A DNA stretch of 64,000 bases from assembly GCA_964594455.1 (NCBI GenBank), contig CAZQLY010000002.1, positions 3,819 through 67,818 on the forward strand, read 5' to 3'. Origin of the DNA: an uncultured Gammaproteobacteria bacterium (lineage in GTDB: Bacteria; Patescibacteriota; Patescibacteriia; JAHIZJ01). Position numbers and translations under genes: made by a program. A model generated the notes under the pieces. That model had not been told where the DNA came from. It made no database searches and saw only the letters and a list, made by a program, of their open reading frames with translations. This document shows, piece after piece, positions 1-9,554 of this stretch. The stretch's first letter is position 1. The number at the start of each line of letters is the position of its first letter.

Positions 1-249
1 GCAACAGATGTTCTCTATCTCGATGAAATTGGCCAGATGGAGCTTTTTTCTAAAACCTTTAAAAAACTCGTGCTTAAGTATCTCAACGCTCCAAATTTCT
101 GTCTTGCAACAATTTCAAAAATATACACAAGTGACTTTCTCGAAGAAATTCGTCATCGCGATGATGTTGTTCTCTATGAAGTAACCGAAGAAACCCGAGA
201 TCAGGTTTTAGAAAAAATTACTTCTATTACATCTTCGATACTACAATGA
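1..249 (+). CDS. nucleoside-triphosphatase, THEP1-like (5' partial; the window starts inside the gene)
   Basis: C-terminal sequence LDEIGQMELFSKTFKK...VVLYEVTEETRDQV resembles the end of THEP1/MJ1559-family NTPases; the ORF reads in from before position 1. Confidence 0.5.
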   Translation, partial: ATDVLYLDEIGQMELFSKTFKKLVLKYLNAPNFCLATISKIYTSDFLEEIRHRDDVVLYEVTEETRDQVLEKITSITSSILQ

Positions 250-305
250 CCTCTCAAATTACATCATCTAACACAGCGTACTCAATAATACAAACAAAAA
301 AATAA

Positions 306-335
306 CGCGGGGTCCTCTTACCCGCGCTATTTTTA
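306..335. terminator. bidirectional rho-independent terminator
   Basis: cgcggg-N9-cccgcg hairpin with a T-run on the + strand and an A-run (T-run on the - strand) on the other side; lies between convergent genes. Confidence 0.6.
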
Positions 336-342
336 TATTGGC

Positions 343-1536
343 TTATTTTATTTTGACAAACTTCCTTTTACCAACCTGAACTACACTGCCAGATTTCAAA
401 TCCAAACCCTTCTGCCAATCAACCGTGGTCTTGTTATCTATCTTAACTGCGCCCTGCTCTATCAAGCGCCTGGCCTCGCTTTTGCTTGACGCCATTTTCG
501 CAAGCACCAAAAACTCAACCAGATTCATACTTTGTTTGGGCGCTGGCACTATGGGCATCTTTTCTGGATTCTTTTTATCGCGAAAAACTCTTTCAAATTC
601 GGTTGCGGCTTTTTTAGCTTTGGCCTGTCCGTGGTAGAGCGAAGTAATTTCAAAAGCTAGTTTGGCCTTAATGTCTCGCGGATTGGCTCCGGAATCCAGT
701 TCTTTTTTGATCTTGTTTAATTCTTGGTTAGGTACCAGCGTGGCTAATTCAAAATAATGAATAATTACGTCATCAGGAATTGACATGGCTTTGCCATACA
801 TATCAGCCGGGGCGTCAGTTAAGCCGATATAATTGCCTAAGCTCTGGCTCATCTTTCTCTTACCGTCTGTTCCAACCAAAAGTTTCATGGTCATCACATC
901 CTGGGGATCCTGACCGTGCTCTTTTTGAAGCGGTCGCGCCTGAAGCTCGTTAAACTTCTGATCGGTGCCAATTACAGTCAGATCTGATTCCAGCCTGACT
1001 GAATCATACGCTTGGAGTATGGGGTAGACTGGCTCGTGGTAGCCGATTTCTTTCTGGGATTTGATTCTTTCTTGGAACATGTCGCGCTCCAGAAGACGGG
1101 AGACTGTAAACTTTGACTGGAGCCTGAGCAGATCCTCAGCCGACATCTTGTCGTACCACTCAGAGTTGCGCCTGATTTCTGTTTTTTTTAAATCCAAAAT
1201 CAAACCGATTTGCTTGATATAGCTCTGAGCTTTGGCTTCGATATCTTTTTTATCACGCAGACTCCTGCTTTTGACCTGGTCTGTAGGATCGCCAAATCGT
1301 CCGGTGAAATCTCCCACCAAAAATATTATAGTGTGCCCTAACTCTTGGAACGCTTTGAGTTTTTGGTAAATTACCGCGTAACCCAAATGAAGATCCTTGG
1401 TTGTGGGATCTACGCCGTGTTTGATTCTCAAAGGCTTTCCAGACAGCAGCTTTTTTTCTAAACTCTGTTTTTGGATAATTTCTTCCACGCCTCTGGTTAA
1501 TAGCTCTGGTGAAATGTGTTTTTTTATTGCCATCAA
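343..1536 (-). CDS. tyrS: tyrosine--tRNA ligase
   Basis: HLGY (HIGH-type) motif, KMSQS (KMSKS) motif, C-terminal S4-like RNA-binding domain (ARRLIEQGAVKIDNK). Confidence 0.9.
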   Translation of the reverse strand: MMAIKKHISPELLTRGVEEIIQKQSLEKKLLSGKPLRIKHGVDPTTKDLHLGYAVIYQKLKAFQELGHTIIFLVGDFTGRFGDPTDQVKSRSLRDKKDIEAKAQSYIKQIGLILDLKKTEIRRNSEWYDKMSAEDLLRLQSKFTVSRLLERDMFQERIKSQKEIGYHEPVYPILQAYDSVRLESDLTVIGTDQKFNELQARPLQKEHGQDPQDVMTMKLLVGTDGKRKMSQSLGNYIGLTDAPADMYGKAMSIPDDVIIHYFELATLVPNQELNKIKKELDSGANPRDIKAKLAFEITSLYHGQAKAKKAATEFERVFRDKKNPEKMPIVPAPKQSMNLVEFLVLAKMASSKSEARRLIEQGAVKIDNKTTVDWQKGLDLKSGSVVQVGKRKFVKIK

Positions 1537-1675
1537 TATTTACTAGAACTAATAATTAATTTATTAATACTTAATTGTTAATTTTTAATTGAATTGGTAC
1601 TTATAATTATAGTCTAATTTTGCTATAATGACAAAAGTTGATATATCTATTAAAATGCAATTCTAGGCAATAAAT

Positions 1676-4549
1676 ATGACGTTTTCAGACCCAACCACTC
1701 CTATCAACAGTACGCCTTATCAGAAGACTTGGAAACAGCAACAGGACGACAAAAAGCCGAAAAAAGGTGGCCCCAACAAAAGAAAGATGTGGCGCAATCG
1801 CCTTCTTATTTTATTTCTGATAATATTTTTAGCTGGCGCTATTGGAGTAATCGGACTCTTTGCCTGGTATAGCCGCGACCTGCCTGACCCAGATAAATTA
1901 TTAGATAGAAATTTGGCTCAAAGCACGCGCATTTATGATCGTACAGGTGAAACATTGCTTTATGAAATCCATGGCGACGTTAAAAGAACTATTGTTCAAC
2001 TAGAGGACATTCCTGATTATCTCAAATGGGCAACCATCTCAATTGAAGACAAGCATTTTTACGAGCATTCCGGGTTTGATATCACCGGTTTTATCAGGGC
2101 GGTAGTCATAAATATTGTTTCAGTCGGACAAAGCCGGCCCGGTGGATCCACCATAACCCAGCAATTAGTTAAAAACGCCATCTTAACTAATGAAAAAAAG
2201 ATAACTCGCAAAATTAAAGAGTTGGTGCTTTCTTATCAGATTGAGAAAAAATTTACCAAAGATCAAATTCTTAAATTATATTTCAACGAAATTCCCTATG
2301 GCTCGGTATCATATGGCGTAGAATCAGCGGCTCAAATATATTTTGGAAAAAGCGTTCGTGATGTTAACCTGGCCGAAGCGGCTATTCTCGCCGCCTTGCC
2401 TCAATCTCCGACCTACTATTCTCCTTATGGAAGCCACACTGACATCCTTTTCGGCCGTCAACAGTATATTTTGGATTTGATGGTTGAAGAAGGATACATT
2501 ACCCAAGAGGAGGCTGACGAAGCCAAAAACACTGAAATAACTTTTGAATCACCCAAAGAAAGCATTGTGGCCCCGCACTTTGTTTTTTATGTCAAAGAAC
2601 AACTAACTGAAAAATATGGTGAAAAAATGGTTGAGCAAGGTGGTTTGAAAGTCATTACTTCTTTGGATACTTACAAACAGGAAGCGGCGGAAACTGCGGT
2701 CACAGAAGGCATTGAAAAGGTTAAATCCTACGGCGGGTCAAATGCTTCCTTGGTAGCGGTTGATCCAAAAACCGGTGATATAGTAGCTATGGTCGGGTCG
2801 GTAGATTACTTTGATACTGCCAATGATGGTAATGTAAATGTGGCCATTAGAAATCGACAACCCGGATCGTCTTTTAAGCCCGTGGCTTATGCTACAGCTT
2901 TTGACAAAGGCTATACTCCCGAAACAATGGTATTTGATGTTCAAACCAACTTCGGAGGCAATCCCGCTTATATGCCAAACAACTATGACGGCGTGGAGCA
3001 CGGGCCTGTTTCAATGCGCCAGGCTCTGGCCGGATCATTAAACATACCGGCTGTAAAGACTCTTTATCTGGCCGGCGTTGATGCTACTATTGAGACTGCC
3101 CGTTCCATGGGCTACACCACGATCGATGATCCTGACCGCTACGGCTTGTCCCTAGTGTTGGGCGGCGCCGAAGTTAGGCTGTTAGAGCATGTTGGCGCCT
3201 ATTCAGTTTTTGCCCGAGAAGGTTTACGCCACCCCTTAAACGCCATACTCAGAGTTGAGGACAAAGACGGCAAGGTTTTAGAAGAATTTGAGCCTGAAGA
3301 AAACCGCGTTATGGACGAAGAAGTGGCTAGAAAAATTAATAACGTCTTGTCTGATGATGGCGCCAGAAGCTATGTCTTTGGCCGGGGAAGTAATTTAACT
3401 TTGTCAGACCGCCCAGTTGCAGCTAAAACCGGCACCACAAACGACTACCGTGACGCCTGGACCATAGGATACACCCCATCGCTAGTAGCCGGTGTCTGGG
3501 TAGGTAATAACGACAATACTCAGATGAAGGGTGGGGCGGCTGGTTCTGTAGTAGCAGCTCCAATTTGGCATAATTTCATGGAATCTTTATTGGTTGGCAC
3601 TCCGGTTGAAACATTTAAGGCTCCAAAGACAGACATCGTGGACAAGATGATGTTAAATGGCCAAATCGATAATGTATTCCATGTAAAGGTTGACTCATTG
3701 ACTCAGAGAGCTATACCGGACGCGTGTTTAGACACCTATCCGGAAGAATTCTTGGTTGATAAAACATTCAAGGAAGCTCATACAATATTGTATTACGTAC
3801 AAAAAAACTCACCTAGAGACGACGCGCCTGCTAGCCCGTCTGCCGATCCTCAGTATCAAAGCTGGGAAGATGCGGTTCAACTCTGGGCCAGTGGCCAGCC
3901 AAACTACATCACACCATCTAACCCGTTAAAATACGAGAGTTGTGAACTACGGGACGACGACAACTCAAGCAGTTCAAAATCAGCCAGCCTAACCGCACCT
4001 GACGACAACGAAGTAATTACTACCTCCCCCCTAGAGATAAGAGCGAAGATTAGTTCTGGGTTTGATTTAGACAGGATCGAAATCTACCTTGATGACGATT
4101 TGATACAAACCATTACCGAAAAACCCTACTCGTATGATTATGACCTTTCTAATACTGACAATGGTTTTTATACGGTAAAAGTCTTATTCTATGAAACCGA
4201 CGGTTCGGTTATTCAACAATCAAAAAACATTAACGTCCTGCTGACTCAAGAATCCTCCAGCTACTATTTAACACAGCCCTCCGAACAAATAACGCTGGAA
4301 GAAGCCGACTTCCCCTATACAATAAAAGGTATTGCCTATCATCCTGATGGGGCAGAATCCGCTTCCGTTTATTACCAAAATGGTTCTTCAAAATTGATTA
4401 AAAAAACAACTGATTTTGATCTTAATCAGTTTGAAGTAACCTGGACCTCTGCGCCTGATACTGGCACTTATGAATTGTATTTCACTTTCGACACTGAGTC
4501 GGGTCAAACTATAGAAAGCGACCCGATTGAGATAACCATATCCGACTAG
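1676..4549 (+). CDS. ponA: class A penicillin-binding protein (transglycosylase/transpeptidase) with a C-terminal Ig-like extension
   Basis: N-terminal TM anchor, GT51 motifs (EDKHFYEHSGFD, GGSTITQQLVKN), transpeptidase SSFKP (SxxK) and KTGTT motifs; about 250 extra C-terminal residues containing an IEIYLDDD Ig-like module. Confidence 0.88.
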   Translation: MTFSDPTTPINSTPYQKTWKQQQDDKKPKKGGPNKRKMWRNRLLILFLIIFLAGAIGVIGLFAWYSRDLPDPDKLLDRNLAQSTRIYDRTGETLLYEIHGDVKRTIVQLEDIPDYLKWATISIEDKHFYEHSGFDITGFIRAVVINIVSVGQSRPGGSTITQQLVKNAILTNEKKITRKIKELVLSYQIEKKFTKDQILKLYFNEIPYGSVSYGVESAAQIYFGKSVRDVNLAEAAILAALPQSPTYYSPYGSHTDILFGRQQYILDLMVEEGYITQEEADEAKNTEITFESPKESIVAPHFVFYVKEQLTEKYGEKMVEQGGLKVITSLDTYKQEAAETAVTEGIEKVKSYGGSNASLVAVDPKTGDIVAMVGSVDYFDTANDGNVNVAIRNRQPGSSFKPVAYATAFDKGYTPETMVFDVQTNFGGNPAYMPNNYDGVEHGPVSMRQALAGSLNIPAVKTLYLAGVDATIETARSMGYTTIDDPDRYGLSLVLGGAEVRLLEHVGAYSVFAREGLRHPLNAILRVEDKDGKVLEEFEPEENRVMDEEVARKINNVLSDDGARSYVFGRGSNLTLSDRPVAAKTGTTNDYRDAWTIGYTPSLVAGVWVGNNDNTQMKGGAAGSVVAAPIWHNFMESLLVGTPVETFKAPKTDIVDKMMLNGQIDNVFHVKVDSLTQRAIPDACLDTYPEEFLVDKTFKEAHTILYYVQKNSPRDDAPASPSADPQYQSWEDAVQLWASGQPNYITPSNPLKYESCELRDDDNSSSSKSASLTAPDDNEVITTSPLEIRAKISSGFDLDRIEIYLDDDLIQTITEKPYSYDYDLSNTDNGFYTVKVLFYETDGSVIQQSKNINVLLTQESSSYYLTQPSEQITLEEADFPYTIKGIAYHPDGAESASVYYQNGSSKLIKKTTDFDLNQFEVTWTSAPDTGTYELYFTFDTESGQTIESDPIEITISD

Positions 4550-4830
4550 ACCTCGAAGCTTATCTTGGTCACGGTATTCTTCCCAAACTCTTTGTTTATC
4601 TCTTGGATAATCCTGTGTTGTTGCAGGCGTATTTCGTTAGCCAGAACCGAACTTAACACTGCTATCACCAACTGTCCGTTTTTCACATACAAAGGCTTGG
4701 CCTTGTTTTTTATTTTGTCACCCCAACGCTTTGCCAATAACTGAACCACAAACTCCAAAATACGCGTGGCATCTATCTGCTTAGTAATATTTGCCCTCTG
4801 CAGGGCTGAATATAGCAGTTTTCGATCCAC
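4546..4830 (-). CDS. dciA: DUF721/DciA-like protein (helicase-loader family) downstream of dnaN
   Basis: 94-aa basic protein immediately 3' of dnaN, the conserved position of DUF721/DciA; family-level sequence resemblance only. Confidence 0.5.
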   Translation of the reverse strand: MDRKLLYSALQRANITKQIDATRILEFVVQLLAKRWGDKIKNKAKPLYVKNGQLVIAVLSSVLANEIRLQQHRIIQEINKEFGKNTVTKISFEV

Positions 4831-4834
4831 ACCC

Positions 4835-5938
4835 CTATTGTTTAATAGGCATTATTATATAAAGAAAACCATCGCTTTTTTTTGAGGTCAGGGTTCCTGG
4901 ATTTGCTCCATCAATCAGTGACAGGGTGGCTTCCGGGGAATCTAAATTAGTCAATCCGTCCAGCAAGTACCGATGGTTAAATACTATTTCGTTTGGCTCA
5001 CCAGCCACATCAGCTTCAAGCTCAGTCGTGCTTTCACCCAGCTGGGTATTAGCTGAAGAAACCATTAGTTTCTTGCTAGCTTGGTCAATTTTTAAACTTA
5101 CATCATTTATTCCTGTTTTTGAAAACAGCGCGGCACTTTTAACGGCTTTGACCAAGCCTTCTCGTGAAAAACTAGCGGTGGTTTTATAATCCTGAGGGAT
5201 TATCTGCTTATAATCAGGGTACTGTCCCTCGATCACTCTCGATACTAATTCGACGCCCTCACAGACAAACAAGATCTGATTGTCGCTTAAATACATATCG
5301 ACCTGATTTACCTCATCGTTCATAATCCTAGATAACTCAAGAATGGTTCTGGTCGGAACAACCACCTCGGTTTTTTCTTTGTTGGGCTTAATTAACTTCA
5401 TACTTCTTTCGGCCAGTCTATAACTATCTGTGGCCACCACCGTAACATCGCCATCGGAAATAGTAACAAAAACGCCGCTGATTTCTGGTCTAGATTCATC
5501 TTGAGCCACAGCGTAAACAACCTGACTAAGAGCCTTTTTTAAGTCTTTGGTTTTTAGAGAATACGGGGTTTTTTGCTCCACAGTCGGAATCAGAGGAAAT
5601 TCTTCAGCACCCTGGCCTTTAATCGTTGTCCGGGCGTTTTGACTAGTAACCGACAAGGTGTTTTCTTTGGCTGAGAGCTCCAGTTTTTCGTCGGTCAGTA
5701 GGCCAACATAATCGGCAAAGGTTTTTGCTGGTACGGTTAGCTTACCCTCTTCTTCAACCCGTCCGCGAATTATAGTATTCACCCCCATTTCCAAATTTGT
5801 GGCGGAAAGCTTAACAACATTTTTCTCGCAGGAAATTAAAACATTGTTGAGTATCGGCAAAGAAACATTTTTACTAGCCAAGTGACTAACTTGGATTAAA
5901 CCTTTGTTTAAGTTTTCCTGAAGGCAAGAGAATTTCAT
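4835..5938 (-). CDS. dnaN: DNA polymerase III subunit beta (sliding clamp)
   Basis: 367 aa, the three-domain clamp length; directly downstream of dnaA; conserved N-terminus MKFSCLQENL. Confidence 0.9.
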   Translation of the reverse strand: MKFSCLQENLNKGLIQVSHLASKNVSLPILNNVLISCEKNVVKLSATNLEMGVNTIIRGRVEEEGKLTVPAKTFADYVGLLTDEKLELSAKENTLSVTSQNARTTIKGQGAEEFPLIPTVEQKTPYSLKTKDLKKALSQVVYAVAQDESRPEISGVFVTISDGDVTVVATDSYRLAERSMKLIKPNKEKTEVVVPTRTILELSRIMNDEVNQVDMYLSDNQILFVCEGVELVSRVIEGQYPDYKQIIPQDYKTTASFSREGLVKAVKSAALFSKTGINDVSLKIDQASKKLMVSSANTQLGESTTELEADVAGEPNEIVFNHRYLLDGLTNLDSPEATLSLIDGANPGTLTSKKSDGFLYIIMPIKQ

Positions 5939-6182
5939 AATAGTATTATATAAATATTATTTAATTACTTTGTTATTGTTGTTAGTCGGTGGATAAGGTT
6001 ATTACCCGTTGAACATTGTCAATTAATTTGGTGGTGAAGTCTACCAAAAACGTGTTTATAATATCAGGACAACATGTTTAGTTAATCTGGAACAATAGTG
6101 GGAAAGATTTTGGACAACTTTTTTAATATGCACAGAGAGACAAAATAGACACACAGAAACCCCACCAGCAGTACACAGTTTA
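5939..6182. other. dnaA-dnaN intergenic region, candidate oriC segment
   Basis: AT-rich stretch (5941-5980) followed by a DnaA-box-like GGTGGATAA (5988-5996, one mismatch to TGTGGATAA); canonical position between dnaA and dnaN. Confidence 0.4.
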
Positions 6183-7568
6183 TTAAGTGTTATACAACCT
6201 CTGTTTAATAAGATTTATGTCTTGCTGTAATTTATCGTTGGTGTTGTTCTCGTTTTTTATCTTGGTGTGAGCGTGCATAGCGGTGGTGTGATCGCGTCCA
6301 CCCAACTCTTGCCCAATAAGAGGATAAGAACACCCCAGCTCTTCTCTCAGCAAGAACATAATAATTTGACGCGGCACAACTAATTCTTTTTTTCTGCTTG
6401 ATCCGATAATATCTTCTATTTTTACGTCATAGAACTCTGCTACCATTGAAAGGACTTGCTTAGGCACCAGAGCGTTTTTCTTCGGTCGGGTAGTAATGTT
6501 GGAAAGCAGTGATTTGGTTGATTCGATTGTAGGGGTGGTATGATTTAGCTCATGATAGGCCAAAATGCGGTTTAGAGCGCCTTCAAGCTCACGGACGTTG
6601 TTTTGGACGGTATTAGCAATATAATGCAGTATTCCCTTGTCTAAAACACAGTCCTTTACTCGACACTTAGTTTCTAAAATAGCCAATCTGGTTTCAAAAT
6701 CAGGTTGAGATATATCTACTATCATTCCCCACTCAAACCTTGAAATCAGCCTATTTTCCAAAGCTGGAATGGCTTTTGGTGGACGGTCTGAGCTAATCAC
6801 AATTTGTTTGTTAGCGTGATGAAGATGATTGAAAGTATGAAAAAACTCTTCTTGAGTACCTTCCTTGCCAGCCAAAAATTGGATATCGTCAATCAATAAT
6901 ACGTCGGTGCTACGATACCTATTTTTGAAATCAGATCCGATTCCCCGGCTAACCGACTGAACAAACTCACTAGTAAATTTCTCACAAGTGACGTAGGTTA
7001 TTTTTTTGTTCTGATCATGCGATAAAATCTCATTGCCAATAGCTTGCATCAAATGTGTTTTTCCCAAGCCTACCCCGCCATAAATAAACAACGGGTTATA
7101 GACTAACCCGAGCTTGTTGGCTACGGCCACGGCAGCAGCCTTGGCGAGTTCATTCCCCTTTCCGACAACAAAATTTTTAAATGTATAGCGGGGGTTTAAA
7201 TTAAATTTATTGTAATTGTCATTGTCGGTTGTTTCGTTTTTCTTTTCAGGTGTTGTTAATTCAGAATCAGCCTTGGTGGGATCAGGCTGTGGTGTTTTTA
7301 ATTCCCGCGTTATGTAAGTACGAGGGCTTTCAATTTTGTAGATGACCTCTATTTTTTGTTTGCTGGTTTGTTTTTGTAAAACCTTGAGGATGTCAGTGTG
7401 ATATTTGTTCTCAAACCAGGTTTTTGTAAAAGCGTTTGGTACGGCAATAACAATTTTCTCATCTTCAAAAGAAGCAATAAAAGTATTTTTGAACCAGGTA
7501 GTAAAGTTTGCCTTACTCAGCGTGAGCTCTAATTCACCTAAAACAGATTCCCATAATTGATCGTGCAT
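6183..7568 (-). CDS. dnaA: chromosomal replication initiator DnaA
   Basis: Walker A GGVGLGKTHL, AAA+ core, C-terminal domain IV DNA-binding helix-turn-helix (VPRQIIMFLLREELGCSYPLIGQELGGRDHTTAMHA); likely start is the internal ATG (MHDQLWESV...) at 7568 rather than the ORF start at 7604. Confidence 0.9.
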   Translation of the reverse strand: MHDQLWESVLGELELTLSKANFTTWFKNTFIASFEDEKIVIAVPNAFTKTWFENKYHTDILKVLQKQTSKQKIEVIYKIESPRTYITRELKTPQPDPTKADSELTTPEKKNETTDNDNYNKFNLNPRYTFKNFVVGKGNELAKAAAVAVANKLGLVYNPLFIYGGVGLGKTHLMQAIGNEILSHDQNKKITYVTCEKFTSEFVQSVSRGIGSDFKNRYRSTDVLLIDDIQFLAGKEGTQEEFFHTFNHLHHANKQIVISSDRPPKAIPALENRLISRFEWGMIVDISQPDFETRLAILETKCRVKDCVLDKGILHYIANTVQNNVRELEGALNRILAYHELNHTTPTIESTKSLLSNITTRPKKNALVPKQVLSMVAEFYDVKIEDIIGSSRKKELVVPRQIIMFLLREELGCSYPLIGQELGGRDHTTAMHAHTKIKNENNTNDKLQQDINLIKQRLYNT

Positions 7569-7754
7569 TTTTATTGAGATAAAAAAATAAAACCAAAAGC
7601 TCACTACTGACTATACCATAATTCAGTATTCAAAAAAACCAACCCAGAACGGTCAACTGTTCATAATCTGTGGACGTTGTGTGGAAATCCATGGTCGGTT
7701 TTACGGTAATTGACCGACTGGTCCAATCCTGGTAGAATTCATGAAGAGAAAAAT

Positions 7755-7892
7755 ATGCCTAAAAGAACATACCAACCAAAAAAGAGGAAGCGACAAAAGA
7801 CACATGGCTTCCGAAAGAGAATGAAGACTCCTACTGGCCGTCGTGTTCTCCGCCGCCGCCGACAGAAAAACAGAAAAAGGCTTGTAGTCTAA
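7755..7892 (+). CDS. rpmH: 50S ribosomal protein L34
   Basis: [36 protein letters not shown] is the L34 signature; start trimmed to the internal ATG; two DnaA-box-like TGTGGA motifs upstream (7669-7688). Confidence 0.85.
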   Translation: MPKRTYQPKKRKRQKTHGFRKRMKTPTGRRVLRRRRQKNRKRLVV

Positions 7893-7907
7893 AGATAAGC
7901 ATTTTTT

Positions 7908-8249
7908 ATGTTGCCTCAGGCAAACCGTCTAGTCAGAGAAAAAGACTTCGCTCGGGTCTATCGTAAGGGCGTAACTTTTTTTTCTAGAACTGTAGTCTTG
8001 CGAGTTATGCCAAACGGTCGGAAAATTTCACGATATGGATTTGTTGTTTCCAAGAAAATCACTAAAAAAGCCACTGAACGTAATAAGATTAAAAGATCTT
8101 TAAGAGAGAACATTAGGCTAAAATTAGGTAAATTACTACCAGGTTACGATTGTGTATTAATGCCTAAAAAAACATATTTTTTTGCTAATAATAGCGAAAA
8201 AACCAAAGATATTGACAATGTTATAAAAAAAGCGAAATTATATAAATAA
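7908..8249 (+). CDS. rnpA: ribonuclease P protein component
   Basis: 113-aa basic protein following rpmH; N-terminal RnpA motif (LVREKDFARVYRKG); canonical rpmH-rnpA synteny. Confidence 0.85.
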   Translation: MLPQANRLVREKDFARVYRKGVTFFSRTVVLRVMPNGRKISRYGFVVSKKITKKATERNKIKRSLRENIRLKLGKLLPGYDCVLMPKKTYFFANNSEKTKDIDNVIKKAKLYK

Positions 8250-8495
8250 ATGCTTACATTAGCAAAAAAAACAATATTATTAATAATAAGGATTTATCAA
8301 AAAAGCCTATCTCCTGATCATGGCTGGCTGGCAAATAACCATGAACACGGTTTTTGTAAGTATTATCCAACCTGTTCAGATTATACTTACCAGGCCATTT
8401 CTAAATACGGAATCTGGCGTGGTAGCTGGAAGGGTTTGAGCCGAGTAGTGCGTTGCAACCCCTTTTCTAAAGGCGGAATTGATAATGTAAAGTAA
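8250..8495 (+). CDS. yidD: membrane protein insertion efficiency factor YidD
   Basis: CxxYPTCSxY...RCNPFSKGGID motif; located between rnpA and yidC. Confidence 0.8.
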   Translation: MLTLAKKTILLIIRIYQKSLSPDHGWLANNHEHGFCKYYPTCSDYTYQAISKYGIWRGSWKGLSRVVRCNPFSKGGIDNVK

Positions 8496-8500
8496 AAAAA

Positions 8501-9283
8501 ATGATTGTTGACTTATTTAACACAGTACTGTTTGAACCAATCTTTAACTTATTGATGTTGGTGTACCATTATGTACCACCGCACGACCTGGGTGTTTCCA
8601 TAATATTGGTTACTTTTATTCTCAAGCTGTTACTATTTTTCCCTTCCTGGTCTTCGATTAAATCACAGCAGGCCATGCAGGAAATCCAACCTAAGCTTGA
8701 TGCGCTTAAAAAGAAATACGAAAACAACCGGGAAGAGCTCAGTCGCCAGATGCTTAAGTTTTATCGGGAGAATAAAATCAGCCCGATGTCATCGTGTTTG
8801 CCGATACTTATCCAGTTCCCTATTTTGTTAGCTTTGTTTAGAGTGTTTATTGCGGTTTCCAGCACAGATCCGGATACAGGTATTCTAGTCACAGAACAAT
8901 TAGACCATTTGTATGGATCATTTAGAGATATATATGCCAGCACGCCGATTGATTCAACTCTTTTTGGTTTTGTGGACCTGGCTCAGACAAAGAATTACTT
9001 TTTAGCTGGTTTAGCGGCGGTGCTCCAGTTCTGGTCTTCTAGGATGATGATGGGTAGCATGAAACAAAAGTCAGGACAGAAGAATATGGCCCAGGCTATG
9101 AGTAAGCAGATGATCTATTTAATGCCGGCCATGACTTTTATATTCGGCATAAGTTTTCCGGCCGGCCTAACTTTATATTGGGCGGCCTCAACTCTGTTTC
9201 AGATAGCCCAACAGCGAATTTTTATTAGAAAAAAAGAAAGCCTTAAATTGAAAGATGGCACTCAGCCACAAACAGATAATTAA
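8501..9283 (+). CDS. yidC: membrane protein insertase YidC (short Oxa1-type)
   Basis: five-TM 260-aa protein with the conserved CLPILIQFPILLALF segment; rnpA-yidD-yidC synteny. Confidence 0.85.
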   Translation: MIVDLFNTVLFEPIFNLLMLVYHYVPPHDLGVSIILVTFILKLLLFFPSWSSIKSQQAMQEIQPKLDALKKKYENNREELSRQMLKFYRENKISPMSSCLPILIQFPILLALFRVFIAVSSTDPDTGILVTEQLDHLYGSFRDIYASTPIDSTLFGFVDLAQTKNYFLAGLAAVLQFWSSRMMMGSMKQKSGQKNMAQAMSKQMIYLMPAMTFIFGISFPAGLTLYWAASTLFQIAQQRIFIRKKESLKLKDGTQPQTDN

Positions 9284-9548
9284 CTTGCCTGTTTTTACAA
9301 ACACAGAAACTCGCCTGGGTTCGGTGAGCAGTTTTGAAATAGACGAGCTAGAGCAGAGAATAGTGCGCTATCACATAAAACCCAATCAAGGTGTAGCCAG
9401 CATGTTTGGTTCAGAGCTGATAGTTTCTCACAAACAAGTAATAAGCCTGACCAAAGAAAAAATGATTGTTGATGATTTAGCTATTAAACAAGAGGCAAAA
9501 GAAAAGGCGCGTTTAGTTTCGAAAAGAGCGTTACCAGCAGGAAATTAA
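9255..9548 (+). CDS. small PRC-barrel-like protein
   Basis: 97 aa with an LPVFT...LGSVSSFEIDELEQRIVRY pattern resembling PRC-barrel domains; overlaps the yidC stop by 29 nt; weak assignment. Confidence 0.3.
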   Translation: MALSHKQIINLPVFTNTETRLGSVSSFEIDELEQRIVRYHIKPNQGVASMFGSELIVSHKQVISLTKEKMIVDDLAIKQEAKEKARLVSKRALPAGN

Positions 9549-9554
9549 GTCAAC

